Part shown: in pieces, positions 26,744 through 36,426 of the stretch
Layout: each line of letters begins with the position of its first letter
Position numbering within the stretch: the stretch's first letter is position 1
Origin: a virus
Lineage: Duplodnaviria > Caudoviricetes
IMG/VR virus record: IMGVR_UViG_3300021399_000133
Span: 1 to 64,000 of that record
Reading direction: 5' to 3' (one strand)
Length of the DNA: 64,000 nt
Notes under the pieces: model-generated
Database searches by the model: none
Seen by the model: only the letters and a program-made list of their open reading frames with translations
What the model was told of the DNA's origin: nothing
Position numbers and translations under genes: made by a program

Positions 26744-27339
26744 TTAAGTTCAGACAAAAAACTTTCTCAGAGTATGATGCAATGAGAAGTTTATATGTTG
26801 AATTGATGAAGGATAAGTTTGCAAAGCAGAAATATGGTGTTATTGATTCTAGTGTTCTTATACCAGTACTGAAGGGAAACAATATAGTCATTGAACGCTT
26901 TGTAATATCTACATCATTCGCTCATAAAGATACTTATCGGATGTACCTTAAGATTGGAGCTAAAGCTAAGTTACCTGATGAAGTTAGATTGCCTGGGAAA
27001 ACTCAATATAAGCCCATTGGCGGTATTAACTTTAATCTTAGTGGATCAACTACTCAGAAACAATTTAGTGATGAAAGTTCTACGCCTCTATTTCGTCAAA
27101 AAGTATTCGGAGGAGGTGGAGGAGATAAGAAGAAAACATTCCCACTAGTTTCAGGTAACTATCAAGGTCCTAATGTCAACTTTGGTGTAGAAGTAACTAA
27201 GTTGTTAGGTGAAGCGATTAAGTATGATAAGAGAGAGCGTAGTCTGGTGTTGGAATTTGACAGTATTGAAGATGCTATTAAAGCTCTGAATATCCTTCCT
27301 TTTGGCATTAATTATAAGATATATTTACTTAACGCATGA
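26740..27339 (+). CDS. motif-bearing globular protein
   Basis: MIKFRQKTFSE, internal QKQFSDE and FRQKVFG. Confidence 0.75.
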   Translation: MIKFRQKTFSEYDAMRSLYVELMKDKFAKQKYGVIDSSVLIPVLKGNNIVIERFVISTSFAHKDTYRMYLKIGAKAKLPDEVRLPGKTQYKPIGGINFNLSGSTTQKQFSDESSTPLFRQKVFGGGGGDKKKTFPLVSGNYQGPNVNFGVEVTKLLGEAIKYDKRERSLVLEFDSIEDAIKALNILPFGINYKIYLLNA

Positions 27340-27557
27340 TGAAGATAAAAAGATTCTCTGCCACTAAAATTCTTAACACAAATATGGGTTTAGGATTTAG
27401 ACGTGGGCGGAAGTATGATACTGACTTAGATCGACTGGGTAGAATGGATACTTCGCAGAGAGAACTTTCTAGAGTCAATCAGTTAGGTAGTGAAATGAGG
27501 AAACTCAGATCAGAATTAAATAATGAGAGGTTAGGAATATGGCAACATACAGACTAA
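27336..27557 (+). CDS. small basic motif-bearing protein
   Basis: MMKIKRFSA. Confidence 0.65.
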   Translation: MMKIKRFSATKILNTNMGLGFRRGRKYDTDLDRLGRMDTSQRELSRVNQLGSEMRKLRSELNNERLGIWQHTD

Positions 27558-27871
27558 GAAGAAAAACATTTGGTATGGCAGATGCTGGTCAAAGAGCTGC
27601 TGGTGGTGCAATGGAGGGTATTGGAAAAACAATGGACTCTAACTTGGGTGGTGTTGCTGGTGGTATAGCCGGTGCTGCAACTGTCGGCTCTGCAATAGGT
27701 GCAGGTCTTGGCTCAGCAATAGGCTCAGTTGTTCCAGTTGTAGGTACAGCAATTGGTGGTACTGTTGGTGGAGCTCTCGGTACTGGTCTCGGTTATATGG
27801 CTGGCTCTAAAGTAACTAGAGGAGTCGGTCAAGCTCTTACTGAGTCTGGTCAGGATTTACAAGCAGTTTAA
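27539..27871 (+). CDS. motif-bearing Gly-zipper protein
   Basis: MATYRLRRKTFG; long GxxxG array. Confidence 0.78.
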   Translation: MATYRLRRKTFGMADAGQRAAGGAMEGIGKTMDSNLGGVAGGIAGAATVGSAIGAGLGSAIGSVVPVVGTAIGGTVGGALGTGLGYMAGSKVTRGVGQALTESGQDLQAV

Positions 27872-27875
27872 TATT

Positions 27876-28940
27876 ATGATAAGGTTTAGACAGAAAAATT
27901 ATAATGCGGCTGCTATTATGACTGGACTGAATGTTCTTGGTTTGGGTGCTACTGGTGCTCAAATGATTCAAGCAGATCAACAAGGAAAAGAGCAAGAGGC
28001 ACAGTCAAAAGCAATGGAAGAGCAGATGAAAAGACAAAACAAAGCACTAGAACGTATTGCCCGAAATTCCGCCAAGAATCCTAGAGCCGCACAACAAGCA
28101 GCCGAAGTTGTTTCTCAAAAAGGTTTTTCTAGTAAAGGACACTATATTCTAAAGAGATTTGGTGTTCCGGCCACTGCAGTAAAGAATCTTTTTAGCTGGA
28201 ATAATATAAAAGGCTTGGGAAAAGATTTAGGCAATGTTGTTTGGAATAATAAGAAAACTATTGCTGGATGGGGAACAATGGGAGCAGGTATTGCTGGTGG
28301 TTCTTATATTGCTAATAAGGCAATTCAAAATGATATGGAGAAACATGGAATTGAATTACCTAACAACAATCAACAAAAAGCTTATTCTGCTGAAGGAACC
28401 TTAATTGGTAACTCTTTTAAAACAGGTTTAGGCAAAATTGGTGGTGTTGCTAGTGGTTTAGGTTTTGGTGCAATATCTCCAACTATGTCTTATTTATCAG
28501 AACGCCAGGCTCTTATTGATCAAGCAAACCAAACACGACAGACAGCAAATAATACTAATACGCCTCCTAAATTTAGACAGAAGCAGTATGGAATGGCTAT
28601 GCCTTTGAGGAGTATTGCTAAAGGTTTTCGTGCTTTTAAAAGAAACCCAATGCAAAGTATATTAGGAACGGCTTCTTCCTTTTCTGGAACTGGTGGAGTG
28701 AAAGGATATAACAGTTTTGCAAATAGCTTAGCAAATTCAACTAACAGTGAATTATCTCAGGCTGCAGGTAATTGGTTGAAAAATCATAAAACTTTAGGAT
28801 TAGCTGGAACAACTGTAATAGGCGGTTCAGCCCTTGGAAGTGTTTATTCAGCCGGAGATAAAGCAGTTAGAGGAACAGCTAATGCACTTGATCCAAATGC
28901 TTTCGCTTATGAAAACTCTAAACAGCAACAAATTCAGTAA
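27876..28940 (+). CDS. motif-punctuated polyprotein of Gly-rich amphipathic modules
   Basis: RQKNYN, QKGFS/LKRFG, QKAYS and KFRQKQYG each precede a Gly-rich segment. Confidence 0.75.
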   Translation: MIRFRQKNYNAAAIMTGLNVLGLGATGAQMIQADQQGKEQEAQSKAMEEQMKRQNKALERIARNSAKNPRAAQQAAEVVSQKGFSSKGHYILKRFGVPATAVKNLFSWNNIKGLGKDLGNVVWNNKKTIAGWGTMGAGIAGGSYIANKAIQNDMEKHGIELPNNNQQKAYSAEGTLIGNSFKTGLGKIGGVASGLGFGAISPTMSYLSERQALIDQANQTRQTANNTNTPPKFRQKQYGMAMPLRSIAKGFRAFKRNPMQSILGTASSFSGTGGVKGYNSFANSLANSTNSELSQAAGNWLKNHKTLGLAGTTVIGGSALGSVYSAGDKAVRGTANALDPNAFAYENSKQQQIQ

Positions 28941-28943
28941 GCT

Positions 28944-30566
28944 ATGATTAAATTTAAGCAAAAAGAATATAATGAGGCTGTCGGAGTAGGAAAGAAGGTT
29001 ATCAATTTAATTAAAAAGAATCCACTTCAAACGGCAAGTCTTGGAGTTGCTACTGCTGGTTTAGGTGTTCAAGTACATAGATCTACTCGAGACAGAAGCT
29101 ACCAAAAAGATCAGTTAAAAGCAATGAATAACCTTACAAATTCTCTTGGTAAAGTTGACAGATCTTTTAAAGACTTAGGAAAAAAGGAAGTTGACCGAGA
29201 GAAAAAAATGGATGATATGATGAAGAAATTTAGGCTCTTTTCTATTCAGGACGGTGGTTACAAAGGAGGCAAGCGTAGTGCCGGTGGTATTCGGCCGGTT
29301 TTAGTTGGTGCTGGTGTAGGTGGAGCCCTCGGCGGAATCATGGGTGGAGTTGGTGAAAAAACTTCAATAGGCGTCGGAGCATTAATTGGTGCTGGTCTTG
29401 GAGCATTTGTTGGCTGGATGTCTAGTTTGGCCGATAAGAGTGTTTTCAATACTGGTGGATCAACCAATGCAAACTCCTATCTCCTAATTAAAGCCATTGA
29501 GGAAGCTTATCAGCCTAATTCTTATGATGAAGATGAAACGACTATCTCTGAAACTACAACTGACGAATATGGTCACAGTAGAACAGTAACAAGAAGAACA
29601 CAGAATAACAAGAAAGAGGTACCAAATCCTAGGGGTATTGTCTTTGATGTTGATGGTGACCCGAGACGTTATGTAGTGTCAGTCCTTTATACTGGTAATG
29701 TTTTGGTTATGTTCATTAATAATCCAAACAATTATGAGTTAAGAACATTGAACACCCTTCTTGACAGTTATTGCTACGCATATAAGAACGCAGACTATTA
29801 TTCGAATAAAGTTTCTAAAAATGTTTATACTGTTGATGTTAATGTTGTGGCTGGTACTGAAACCTATCTTGCTCAAAAGATAATTGAAAGTGGTATCAAG
29901 ATCAATATTGTAACAGGAAACAAATTTAATACAAAATTTAGACAGAAGAATAATAGTGTTTTAACTGATACTATTACTGGGGCTACGATTGGTGCTACTG
30001 CTGGTGGTTTTACTGGTTCTGTATTTAGAGATAAAACTAAACAAGTTTTTGGAATAAATCAGAATAATAAAAACGGTGATCAGTTAGCAGCATTGGCAGC
30101 TATTGGAACTGGTACTATTATTGGAGCTGCTCTCGGTTTCTTAGGTGGATCTATTAAGGAGGTAGCTACTAAATACAATCGTAAAAACAGTGTTGATCAA
30201 AGACTTATGAAGGACGTTGTTGAAAACCTTAAGAAATCTAATCTTAAGGAAGGTACACAATTTACTAGAGATCCGAAACAAGCAACTACTCTTAAGACGA
30301 AGATTAGTATTGTAATTTCTAAGGTTTCTGGTGAGCTTCGTCTTTTGGTTAACACTGTTGCAGATCCTAAACTTGAGAGATTGACTAAGCAAATGGAGAA
30401 GAATATTCCTAACACTAGCGTAGTTAATCATCATGTATCAGATAAATTTAACGATATAACTATTTCAACAATATCAGATTCTTCAGCAGATTCTGGATTA
30501 ATTGCAGGCATTGCAGAATTCTATATTCGCAACGGTTACCCAGTATATCTTGTTGAAGTAGGATAA
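28944..30566 (+). CDS. motif-punctuated multi-module protein (Gly zippers plus globular domains)
   Basis: MIKFKQKEYN, KFRLFS and KFRQKNNS each precede a Gly-rich segment. Confidence 0.75.
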   Translation: MIKFKQKEYNEAVGVGKKVINLIKKNPLQTASLGVATAGLGVQVHRSTRDRSYQKDQLKAMNNLTNSLGKVDRSFKDLGKKEVDREKKMDDMMKKFRLFSIQDGGYKGGKRSAGGIRPVLVGAGVGGALGGIMGGVGEKTSIGVGALIGAGLGAFVGWMSSLADKSVFNTGGSTNANSYLLIKAIEEAYQPNSYDEDETTISETTTDEYGHSRTVTRRTQNNKKEVPNPRGIVFDVDGDPRRYVVSVLYTGNVLVMFINNPNNYELRTLNTLLDSYCYAYKNADYYSNKVSKNVYTVDVNVVAGTETYLAQKIIESGIKINIVTGNKFNTKFRQKNNSVLTDTITGATIGATAGGFTGSVFRDKTKQVFGINQNNKNGDQLAALAAIGTGTIIGAALGFLGGSIKEVATKYNRKNSVDQRLMKDVVENLKKSNLKEGTQFTRDPKQATTLKTKISIVISKVSGELRLLVNTVADPKLERLTKQMEKNIPNTSVVNHHVSDKFNDITISTISDSSADSGLIAGIAEFYIRNGYPVYLVEVG

Positions 30567-30591
30567 TTAATTTCATATAATTAATAATCAC

Positions 30592-32934
30592 ATGGCACAA
30601 TGGATTAGAACTTCTGAGCCCTATATTAAGGTTCAGGAACAAATTCGCCAAGTTGCTCTTAACCCGGTTGCTGGCGAAGATCTTATTATCGGTGTTGTTT
30701 TGATTTCTGACGCAGGTCCAGCAGCTCCTACTCTTATTTCTAATCAGTCGGAGTTCTTGGCAACTTATACTAGTCAGGACGTTACACGCGATTATCTTGC
30801 TTCTCTGAATATGCTTTATAGTGGTGATGATTCCACTTTGGCTTCTCGGATGTGGGCAAATGGTTATCGTCTGGCCGGTTCTAATACGCTTTTGGTAGTT
30901 CGTGCATCAAAGGCAAAAGATACTTTCTTTGCAAAACCGCTTCAGAAGGATGATCAAAATACTTATGTACTCCGTGATGGTGAGCTCCTGAAGTCCCTGC
31001 CAAAAGTAAAACTGGTATTGGATGTAAATGGAATGTCTGCTAGTCACGAAGGTACTGGTTGGGCTATTAATATCAGCGGTGTTGGTATTTTTGGTAATCT
31101 CACAACAGATGAAGGTGCTCAATATGACTACTATGTTAATAACTTGGTAGACTTGGTAGAGAGCTTGAATGAAAGTTCTAAGTTTTATTCTCCCTCTTTT
31201 GAGTTCTTCACTGATGCTGCCGCTCAAGAGAAGATTGACGTAAATAGTGACTCTTCGGATGCTGATAAGGCTAAGGTTGTGTCGGTTGTATTCAATGAGC
31301 TCTATCTTGGTTCTTATGTTCTTGACACTAGTGATCAGAGAGTTCCTGACGGTTTGGCTATGATGAACTTCTGCACGGGTGGCTCTTATACTGCTGATAC
31401 TATTATTGATATTAATGGTGCAGCTTGGTCCGGTTTTGAGCCTGCCGAGTTCTATGCTATTAATGCCAATAACTCAGCTACTACTCTTAGAGTTCGTATT
31501 CGTCGTTTCAATCATGATGCAGTTGTTCAGAAGGAATTGGCAGACTCTGAGGTATCTTCACTGACAGAAAGTGGCAAGTCTCCTTATACTGTTTTGACTG
31601 ATGTTCTTGATACTTTCACACAGAAGGGAACAGTTGAACCAAGCGACTCTATTAAGGCTCGTGACTTCTTTGAGATTGCTGTATGGGATCCAAGTGTAAA
31701 TTCTGAGGTTAGCTTCTTTAACATTGGCAATATTACTGGTCGTGGTGATATGGAAGTTAGTGAGGTTAACAGTCTTATTCAGATGATTCAGGTATCTCTC
31801 CCTGATGACCTCCATGATCTGGGTCTTAACTACTATGATTATGTTGAGGATGATAAGAAAACAGTTTATGTATGGGAAGAGGCAGAGCTCCCAGCAGGTG
31901 CATCAGCTGAACGTAAGACTACACTCCCAACGGCAAGTGAAGCATGGGTTGGTAAGTATGTAACTATTGATAATGGTGAAACTTACTTTACTTGTGTTAG
32001 TAATGAGGATCAACCCAATGGCGCAGGTCAACTTTATGCAAATCTGACTATTGATCCTACTGAGTCTAGCATTCTTGATATTAGTGACTCTGATTTGAAG
32101 AAGGCTTTAGATGAGATTGTACTTGATGAGGTTTATACTGTTGAAGGTCTGTCCGATCTTGGTAATACAGAGCTTTCTTTCCAGAACTATATGGCAAATG
32201 TAGCTATCAACAGCAACTACTTCTATCCAATTTCGACTGCTAATAGTACTAACTATATGACTATTGGTAATCAAGCAACTAAGATTCCACAGGATTCTTA
32301 TAAGCTTTACATGTCGGCTCCTTGGGATATCGACTCTGGTACTCTTGGTTGGAAGTATTATGCATCTCCATCAGTTCTGTATTGGGAGGCTGTTGCTAGA
32401 AACCGTAGAAACAATGAAGAGTTTGCATCTATTCTTGGTTCTAGATACGGTGTAGTTCAGTATTCTCGTCCTGTTACTGAGTTTAATAAGAAACAGCGTG
32501 AACTCCTTCTTAGCAAGCGAGTTAATACTGTGCTTTGGAATGTTCCTACTCAAGCTTGGAATATGAATGATTGCTTTACTAAGACTTCTCAGAATAACAT
32601 CATGAACGAAGATGGTAATTCTCGTCTTGGTATTAGAATTGGCAAAGCTATTCCTATTCTCCTCAGACAGTTCATTGGTCGTAAGATTAACCAGAAGATG
32701 TGTGATGAGATGCTTAGTGTTCTTGAGTACTGGTTCAAGACTACTATTCTTCCAATGGGTATTACTGTAGATGCTTATCAGATCTTCGTACCATATAAGG
32801 AGGAATTGGCTCGTCAGAATAAACAGCAAGTAACGGTTAATGTTAGATTCGCAAGATCGTTGAAGTATGTAAACGTTTATGAGGACTACTATGATGTTGG
32901 CATGGATGTTTCTACAGACTATCACAATCTTTAA
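30592..32934 (+). CDS. tail sheath protein
   Basis: 780 aa; APTLISNQSEF..LLVVRA N-terminus; SPSVLYW..RELLLSKRVNTV..SRLGIRI C-terminal sheath domain. Confidence 0.9.
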   Translation: MAQWIRTSEPYIKVQEQIRQVALNPVAGEDLIIGVVLISDAGPAAPTLISNQSEFLATYTSQDVTRDYLASLNMLYSGDDSTLASRMWANGYRLAGSNTLLVVRASKAKDTFFAKPLQKDDQNTYVLRDGELLKSLPKVKLVLDVNGMSASHEGTGWAINISGVGIFGNLTTDEGAQYDYYVNNLVDLVESLNESSKFYSPSFEFFTDAAAQEKIDVNSDSSDADKAKVVSVVFNELYLGSYVLDTSDQRVPDGLAMMNFCTGGSYTADTIIDINGAAWSGFEPAEFYAINANNSATTLRVRIRRFNHDAVVQKELADSEVSSLTESGKSPYTVLTDVLDTFTQKGTVEPSDSIKARDFFEIAVWDPSVNSEVSFFNIGNITGRGDMEVSEVNSLIQMIQVSLPDDLHDLGLNYYDYVEDDKKTVYVWEEAELPAGASAERKTTLPTASEAWVGKYVTIDNGETYFTCVSNEDQPNGAGQLYANLTIDPTESSILDISDSDLKKALDEIVLDEVYTVEGLSDLGNTELSFQNYMANVAINSNYFYPISTANSTNYMTIGNQATKIPQDSYKLYMSAPWDIDSGTLGWKYYASPSVLYWEAVARNRRNNEEFASILGSRYGVVQYSRPVTEFNKKQRELLLSKRVNTVLWNVPTQAWNMNDCFTKTSQNNIMNEDGNSRLGIRIGKAIPILLRQFIGRKINQKMCDEMLSVLEYWFKTTILPMGITVDAYQIFVPYKEELARQNKQQVTVNVRFARSLKYVNVYEDYYDVGMDVSTDYHNL

Positions 32935-32943
32935 TTAATATAA

Positions 32944-33000
32944 GGAGGGATTTTATGATTTCGGAAGATTCGGGTTGTAAAGTCCCTCCCTATTTTCTCT
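32944..33000 (+). terminator. putative terminator hairpin after sheath gene
   Basis: ggagggattttat/gtaaagtccctcc stem followed by T-rich tract. Confidence 0.65.
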
Positions 33001-33082
33001 TACTCACTAGATAAAGAACTTTAGTAGTGCTATAGTTCTGAGTAAGATTATAGCAAATTGAACACGTAAAACTATTTCTAAC

Positions 33083-33832
33083 ATGGATAAAGTCTTATTA
33101 ACTGATCTTAAGAGGAAAGTATTTATTCGTACCTCTTTGATCGCTATTCCCTCTCTCGATGAAATTCTGGGGTTGAATGATTATCTTTCCGCAGATGAGA
33201 TCCTGTTGGAAATATTTAAGAAAGCATTGAGAGAGTATGAAAACACGGTTCCTTTAATCCTTGAAATGAAAATTAACAAGGAGCAGATGAGCACGTGTTA
33301 TGGTATGGATGGATTCTTTGAAGTAAAATCTAACTTTACCCTATGGCTGGACTGTATGATATCGGAAGACCAGATTATTCTAGTTCCTAATTCTCTTCCA
33401 CAATGGAGAATCTGTAGTAATGGACTTGGAACTTCCTCTTATCCTACTCCTGGCGCATGGACTTATTTTACTGAGTATAGAAAACCTTATCTCTTCATGG
33501 GGGATATGCCATCTGAGTACCAATTTTTTATGAGAGGTATCTGTTCTAGACCTATTGTACCCGACTTTAGACCAGATAAAACATTTAATCCTGATTCTCA
33601 AAAAGCCGCTATCTATTGGCTTGATGTAGAGAATGGAGCAAGAGGTAATTTCTTTATGGACCTGGTAATGTGTCATGTATTAGACTATATCAGACAGTTG
33701 AAAGCCTCTATAACATTACCAACTATGAGTGTAGATGTACTAGGAAACGTTGATGCTGCCTATCAGGATCTTAGACAAAGAACTGAGGCTTACATCTTAC
33801 AATCTAGCTGGTATGGGGAACTTTTATACTAA
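33083..33832 (+). CDS. putative neck protein (T4 gp13-like)
   Basis: 249 aa; helical N- and C-termini (ALREY..; LDYIRQLK..LP..GN..YQ) in the head-tail junction region. Confidence 0.55.
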   Translation: MDKVLLTDLKRKVFIRTSLIAIPSLDEILGLNDYLSADEILLEIFKKALREYENTVPLILEMKINKEQMSTCYGMDGFFEVKSNFTLWLDCMISEDQIILVPNSLPQWRICSNGLGTSSYPTPGAWTYFTEYRKPYLFMGDMPSEYQFFMRGICSRPIVPDFRPDKTFNPDSQKAAIYWLDVENGARGNFFMDLVMCHVLDYIRQLKASITLPTMSVDVLGNVDAAYQDLRQRTEAYILQSSWYGELLY

Positions 33833-33839
33833 GTTTATA

Positions 33840-34364
33840 ATGATAGTACAAAGACAAAGATGTTATACGGGCCTAGTAAAGAAAGTTTCGGCAAAGACTC
33901 AACGAAGTATATTAAATAAAGCTGAACAATTTTTTAAATCTAAGCCCGGCCAAACATATCTCAAACATCAACTAAAAGCAAGAGAATCTGCCCTAGGAAA
34001 AGAACTATTAAAAAGATCTGGTAATGTAGAGTCTGGTATGGCTACATTAAGTGGAATAGTAAAGGGGGCTCCATATAATCCAGGAAAGACTACTAAAGAA
34101 TTGATTGGTTATGGAATTAAACATCCAGAAGTAGCCTTTGGAGAAGCCGCAGACAAAGCGTTAGGTGTAATAGTGCCCGCCTATAATGCTTCACCAGTAC
34201 CCGTTGGAAAAGCTATTGCATTTGCTTATCCCACTAAAAATCGATATTTTAGATTGGCCGGTCAAAGATGGAATACAGGTGGCGCAGGAAGAGTCGTTGA
34301 ACAAGGAATTAACTCAGCCGCTTTGAGTGCTGGGAGACTAGGAAATTCAATACCAATGTTATGA
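33840..34364 (+). CDS. basic motif-bearing protein (start revised to 33840)
   Basis: MIVQRQRCYTG. Confidence 0.7.
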   Translation: MIVQRQRCYTGLVKKVSAKTQRSILNKAEQFFKSKPGQTYLKHQLKARESALGKELLKRSGNVESGMATLSGIVKGAPYNPGKTTKELIGYGIKHPEVAFGEAADKALGVIVPAYNASPVPVGKAIAFAYPTKNRYFRLAGQRWNTGGAGRVVEQGINSAALSAGRLGNSIPML

Positions 34365-35602
34365 TTAAATTTAGACAAAAACAGTATACAATTCAAGAAG
34401 GTCATTATACTGGACCTAAAGATATTGATAAAGTCCCTGGCGCAGTAGAAGTAATAGCAAAGACGGCTGGGGCAGGAGCAGGCCTTGGAGCTGTTGTATC
34501 GACAGTTCTTAAAGATACCTCTATGATTGAAGGTGCATTGACAGGAGGTAAATGGGGAGCCGTTGGTGGTGTTCTTCTTAAGCTCTTTCTCAATTATCTT
34601 CACAACCCAATGACAAGAGTTAAGTATCAAGAGGTAGATAAAAACATTCGTCGATCTTTTGGTGTATTTCAAGTTTCTGGTGTAACAGTCGGTGATTCTA
34701 TTTCAAAGAGAGCTAGTATTGATGAGAAGTTTAGTTTTAATGATAGGAACGTAACTTCCTATAAACTCAACTTTGCAGTGGCTGATGATACTATTACTAT
34801 GTACACTTTTGGAATGACTAATAAAGAGCTGGTGGATACTTCTAACATTCTTGATTACTATACTAAAAAATATTCAGGTATGAGTTATTCATCTAAGTTG
34901 TTAAACCAGAAGATGAATTCTTATGCTGTTGATATAGTATTCACTAACTATCAGGTCATTTCTAATTTTATCCTGGAGTTGTCTGAAAAGTTGCTTACTA
35001 AGATTAATCTCCTCGACAACAAAGTAATAGTAACAAATCGCCTTGCATCAACTCTTCCCGCAGATTTAGAGGATGAAGAGAAGACATTTTCAGAACCACA
35101 AGCCCTTAACAAATATGACTTGATGAAGGTTTTAGGTAAGGGAGGTGCTCAGGCTCTTGGAAACATTAAGCAGGGTTTCAATGCTTCTATGGGATTTGCT
35201 TTACTTGGTATGATTCAGGAGGGTCTTAAGAAGATTGGTATGGATGACCTAGTTAAATCAGGAATGCCAGCACCACGTGAAGCCTTTGGTAATTCATATC
35301 TTAAGGATGCTCTCAATAAACTTTACTATATTGAGGGAGTTCATTATACGATAGGTGACAAGACTGCTCCAGATAACATCTCTATGGTTAACGGTTTGTT
35401 TATTGTCACTATTCAGAAAGACGACAAGAAGAAAGTTGATGCAGTAGATAATAATTTCTATAAAGCTGCCCAAAGGAGTATCAAGAGGACGGATTCAGGA
35501 AAGGTTATTGTCTATACTTATTCAATTAGGTCCAGACAGGAGATGGAATTCTTGTTAAAGAAACTCATGTCAACTAAAATAACCTTTAATATATTTGAGT
35601 GA
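34361..35602 (+). CDS. motif-bearing protein with Gly zipper and globular domains
   Basis: MIKFRQKQYTIQEG (compare 1851); internal EKTFSE. Confidence 0.75.
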   Translation: MIKFRQKQYTIQEGHYTGPKDIDKVPGAVEVIAKTAGAGAGLGAVVSTVLKDTSMIEGALTGGKWGAVGGVLLKLFLNYLHNPMTRVKYQEVDKNIRRSFGVFQVSGVTVGDSISKRASIDEKFSFNDRNVTSYKLNFAVADDTITMYTFGMTNKELVDTSNILDYYTKKYSGMSYSSKLLNQKMNSYAVDIVFTNYQVISNFILELSEKLLTKINLLDNKVIVTNRLASTLPADLEDEEKTFSEPQALNKYDLMKVLGKGGAQALGNIKQGFNASMGFALLGMIQEGLKKIGMDDLVKSGMPAPREAFGNSYLKDALNKLYYIEGVHYTIGDKTAPDNISMVNGLFIVTIQKDDKKKVDAVDNNFYKAAQRSIKRTDSGKVIVYTYSIRSRQEMEFLLKKLMSTKITFNIFE

Positions 35603-35603
35603 T

Positions 35604-35975
35604 ATGGTTATTCTACGGCAAAAAATTTATTCACAGAAAAAGACAGCAATGATCAGTCGAATTACAAACAAATTGGATAGAGAGAGAATTGAGGATTATG
35701 ATGTTTATGATTATGTTCCAAAAGATTCTATCTCAGTTACTGGTGATCTTGATAATTTTGCTATTTATCTACCCAGGGAATTTGAATATAGTCAGTATAG
35801 GATTGATGATAAGATTCGCTCCTTGGCACCACACATTAGAACAACTACTATTTCGGAGCGTGGTTTCTTTATTATGAAACTTTCCTCCAAGCTTACAGAA
35901 GATCAGCTATATAAATTAATTAAGTTTATTATAGCCGAAGAGGAATTCTGTGTTATAGTAGATATGGACGAATAA
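35604..35975 (+). CDS. small motif-bearing globular protein (start revised to 35604)
   Basis: MVILRQKIYSQ. Confidence 0.72.
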   Translation: MVILRQKIYSQKKTAMISRITNKLDRERIEDYDVYDYVPKDSISVTGDLDNFAIYLPREFEYSQYRIDDKIRSLAPHIRTTTISERGFFIMKLSSKLTEDQLYKLIKFIIAEEEFCVIVDMDE

Positions 35976-35988
35976 ATAAGAAAACAGG

Positions 35989-36426
35989 ATGGCTTCAGAA
36001 AATATGATTGGTAGCGCCCTAGACAAAGCCAATAAACTCTATGCTATTGGAATGAAGGCGATCAAACTTCAGCTTAAATTGTTAGGGACGGATTTTGTAG
36101 TGCTAAGACCTAAGGATAATTCAAAATGGAAAAATGTCTTTGGTGGCTCCTATTCATCTGACAGCACTCTTGAAAATGACTATGATCAGTTTACGACAAG
36201 ACTCATAGTAAATCTAAATGATATGAGAGATGTATGGAATAGAAACCGGGATACCATTGATTCTTATACTCCTGATGGTTCTTTAAAGGTTGGTGATGAG
36301 TTACAATACACTAGAAATAAAAGAACTTATCGATTTAAGATCATCATGAAACAAGGCTTTTCAGAGGATGCCGATGTTCTCTATTCCTACACCTTATCTA
36401 GCATAATCGAAACTTTGGATGAATGA
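35989..36426 (+). CDS. putative head-closure/neck protein
   Basis: small beta-rich protein (LKVGDELQY..TYRFKI); inference from fold-like pattern and position. Confidence 0.45.
   Translation: MASENMIGSALDKANKLYAIGMKAIKLQLKLLGTDFVVLRPKDNSKWKNVFGGSYSSDSTLENDYDQFTTRLIVNLNDMRDVWNRNRDTIDSYTPDGSLKVGDELQYTRNKRTYRFKIIMKQGFSEDADVLYSYTLSSIIETLDE

Noticed and set aside
32997-33055. Hairpin tcttactca..tgagtaaga after the sheath terminator as another tRNA-mimic copy
   Set aside because: It lacks the TCC/GGA ends, GARATAW loop and TTCRAT loop; probably an unrelated leader or stability hairpin.
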